64,000 nucleotides of DNA. It comes from Minisyncoccota bacterium (GTDB taxonomy: Bacteria > Patescibacteriota > Minisyncoccia > Phycocordibacterales > UBA6065). Positions 63,311 to 64,000 of this stretch are shown here, piece after piece. The stretch lies in assembly GCA_041661645.1 (NCBI GenBank), contig JBAZUA010000001.1:125074-189073 (forward strand). The letters run 5' to 3'. Within the stretch, counting starts at the first letter, position 1. Each line of letters begins with the position of its first letter. The position numbers and the translations under genes were made by a program. The notes beneath the pieces were generated by a model. The model had not been told where the DNA came from. It did no database searches and saw only the letters and a list, made by a program, of their open reading frames with translations.

Positions 63311-63802
63311 TCAGCTGGGGATCTTGTACGCGCCGTCACGAAACAGCCCTCGAAGGATTCGGGCCCTACGCCAAACGAGGCGGTTCGACACCATTCCCGT
63401 CACGTCCGGATTGGGACGATACCGATTCATCGCCTGGCAGGCATAGGTTCCGCCCTTCACGATGAGGAGCGGCCCCATGGCCATGATTCCTGGAGGATAC
63501 GGATCAATGATGGCGCCGTTCTCGGTCACAAGCCAGCTGTGGGAACAGACATGGAATCGCACCGCCAGGTCATCACCGATCTCGATGCCGACCAGGTCAC
63601 CATCGACGCAGCGGAGCGAGCCGTCAGGTATCTCCAGGATGACCGCCCTACATATCGAGTGACACTCGAAAATGGTATTGATTCTTTTGCCCATCTTCTC
63701 CTTGGAGACAAGGCGCGCCTGCCACATGAGTTCCCCGACCCTCATCGAAAGCTTGCGGTCCTTCTCAGTGGCGAGATTGTAGGTTTCTTCAGCATAGAAC
63801 AT
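63311..63802 (-). CDS. Hypothetical protein with Cys/His/Asp motifs (transglutaminase/papain-like triad possible)
   Basis: ECHSICRAV, HSWL, IIDPYP; AAAGGA RBS and TTGACT-17-TAGTGT promoter. Confidence 0.7.
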   Translation of the reverse strand: MFYAEETYNLATEKDRKLSMRVGELMWQARLVSKEKMGKRINTIFECHSICRAVILEIPDGSLRCVDGDLVGIEIGDDLAVRFHVCSHSWLVTENGAIIDPYPPGIMAMGPLLIVKGGTYACQAMNRYRPNPDVTGMVSNRLVWRRARILRGLFRDGAYKIPS

Positions 63803-63878
63803 TGTGTGGTCCTTTGTTTTTGGCTTCTGTGCAGTTTATCTGATGTGGACACTACAATCAAATTCAATATAAGTCAAT

Positions 63879-63906
63879 AAAAAGCCGCGCGGTTGCCCGC
63901 GCGGCT
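63879..63906 (-). terminator. Intrinsic terminator
   Basis: agccgcgcgg-ttgc-ccgcgcggct with an A-run on its left. Confidence 0.8.
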
Positions 63907-63925
63907 CGTGATGCTTTAAGTCCCC

Positions 63926-64000
63926 TTACACAAGGGAGTTGACGGAAACCAACTTTCCGTCCCCCTTCAGACGATAGCAGTAGCCCTTCTTCAACACACT
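63926..64000 (-). CDS. 3' end of an unidentified CDS entering from the right edge
   Basis: Open frame ...SVLKKGYCYRLKGDGKLVSVNSLV* followed by a terminator. Confidence 0.4.
   Translation of the reverse strand, partial: SVLKKGYCYRLKGDGKLVSVNSLV

Noticed and set aside
1-64000. CRISPR array, rRNA, integrase, transposase or reverse transcriptase
   Set aside because: No regularly spaced repeat-spacer series and no matching motifs were seen.
1-64000. Alternative genetic code (UGA = Gly, code 25)
   Set aside because: Conserved genes are full length under code 11 and several end at TGA where expected, such as proS and the ECF sigma.

Overview
64 kb of a bacterial chromosome read with the standard genetic code. 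Gene content points to a Patescibacteria/CPR (Parcubacteria-like) genome; this is an inference from two mreB paralogues, helicase-dead PriA, short ProRS and TruB, XRE-MurA, pilins, class F sortases and pervasive leaderless starts. The core blocks are lysS-greA-pbp2-mreDCB-proS-rseP-frr-holB, mreB2-murA-glmR-glmS, priA-def-fmt-hpf, and tRNA-Asn-ECF sigma-truB. They are interleaved with small accessory islets, an 8.8 kb cyclic beta-1,2-glucan synthase locus, a CsoR/CopA copper cluster and an ice-binding-protein/sortase locus. No CRISPR array, rRNA, integrase, transposase or reverse transcriptase was seen. The best candidates for undescribed biology are five. (1) A 3.9 kb two-gene module, an SF2 helicase with four integrase-repeat units divergent from a sigma70-like protein fused to a DnaA-domain-IV-like region, bounded by a duplicated 5' end of holB. 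(2) A degenerate tRNA-Val(TAC)-like gene followed by a perfect 19-nt antisense copy of its own anticodon arm. (3) An unannotated 34-aa peptide resembling only the toxin-binding tail of MazE. (4) A 113-bp element with perfect 28-bp inverted repeats over the priA promoter. (5) A LysRS with a DUF2000-like C-terminal fusion. All family assignments are by motif recognition, not database search.
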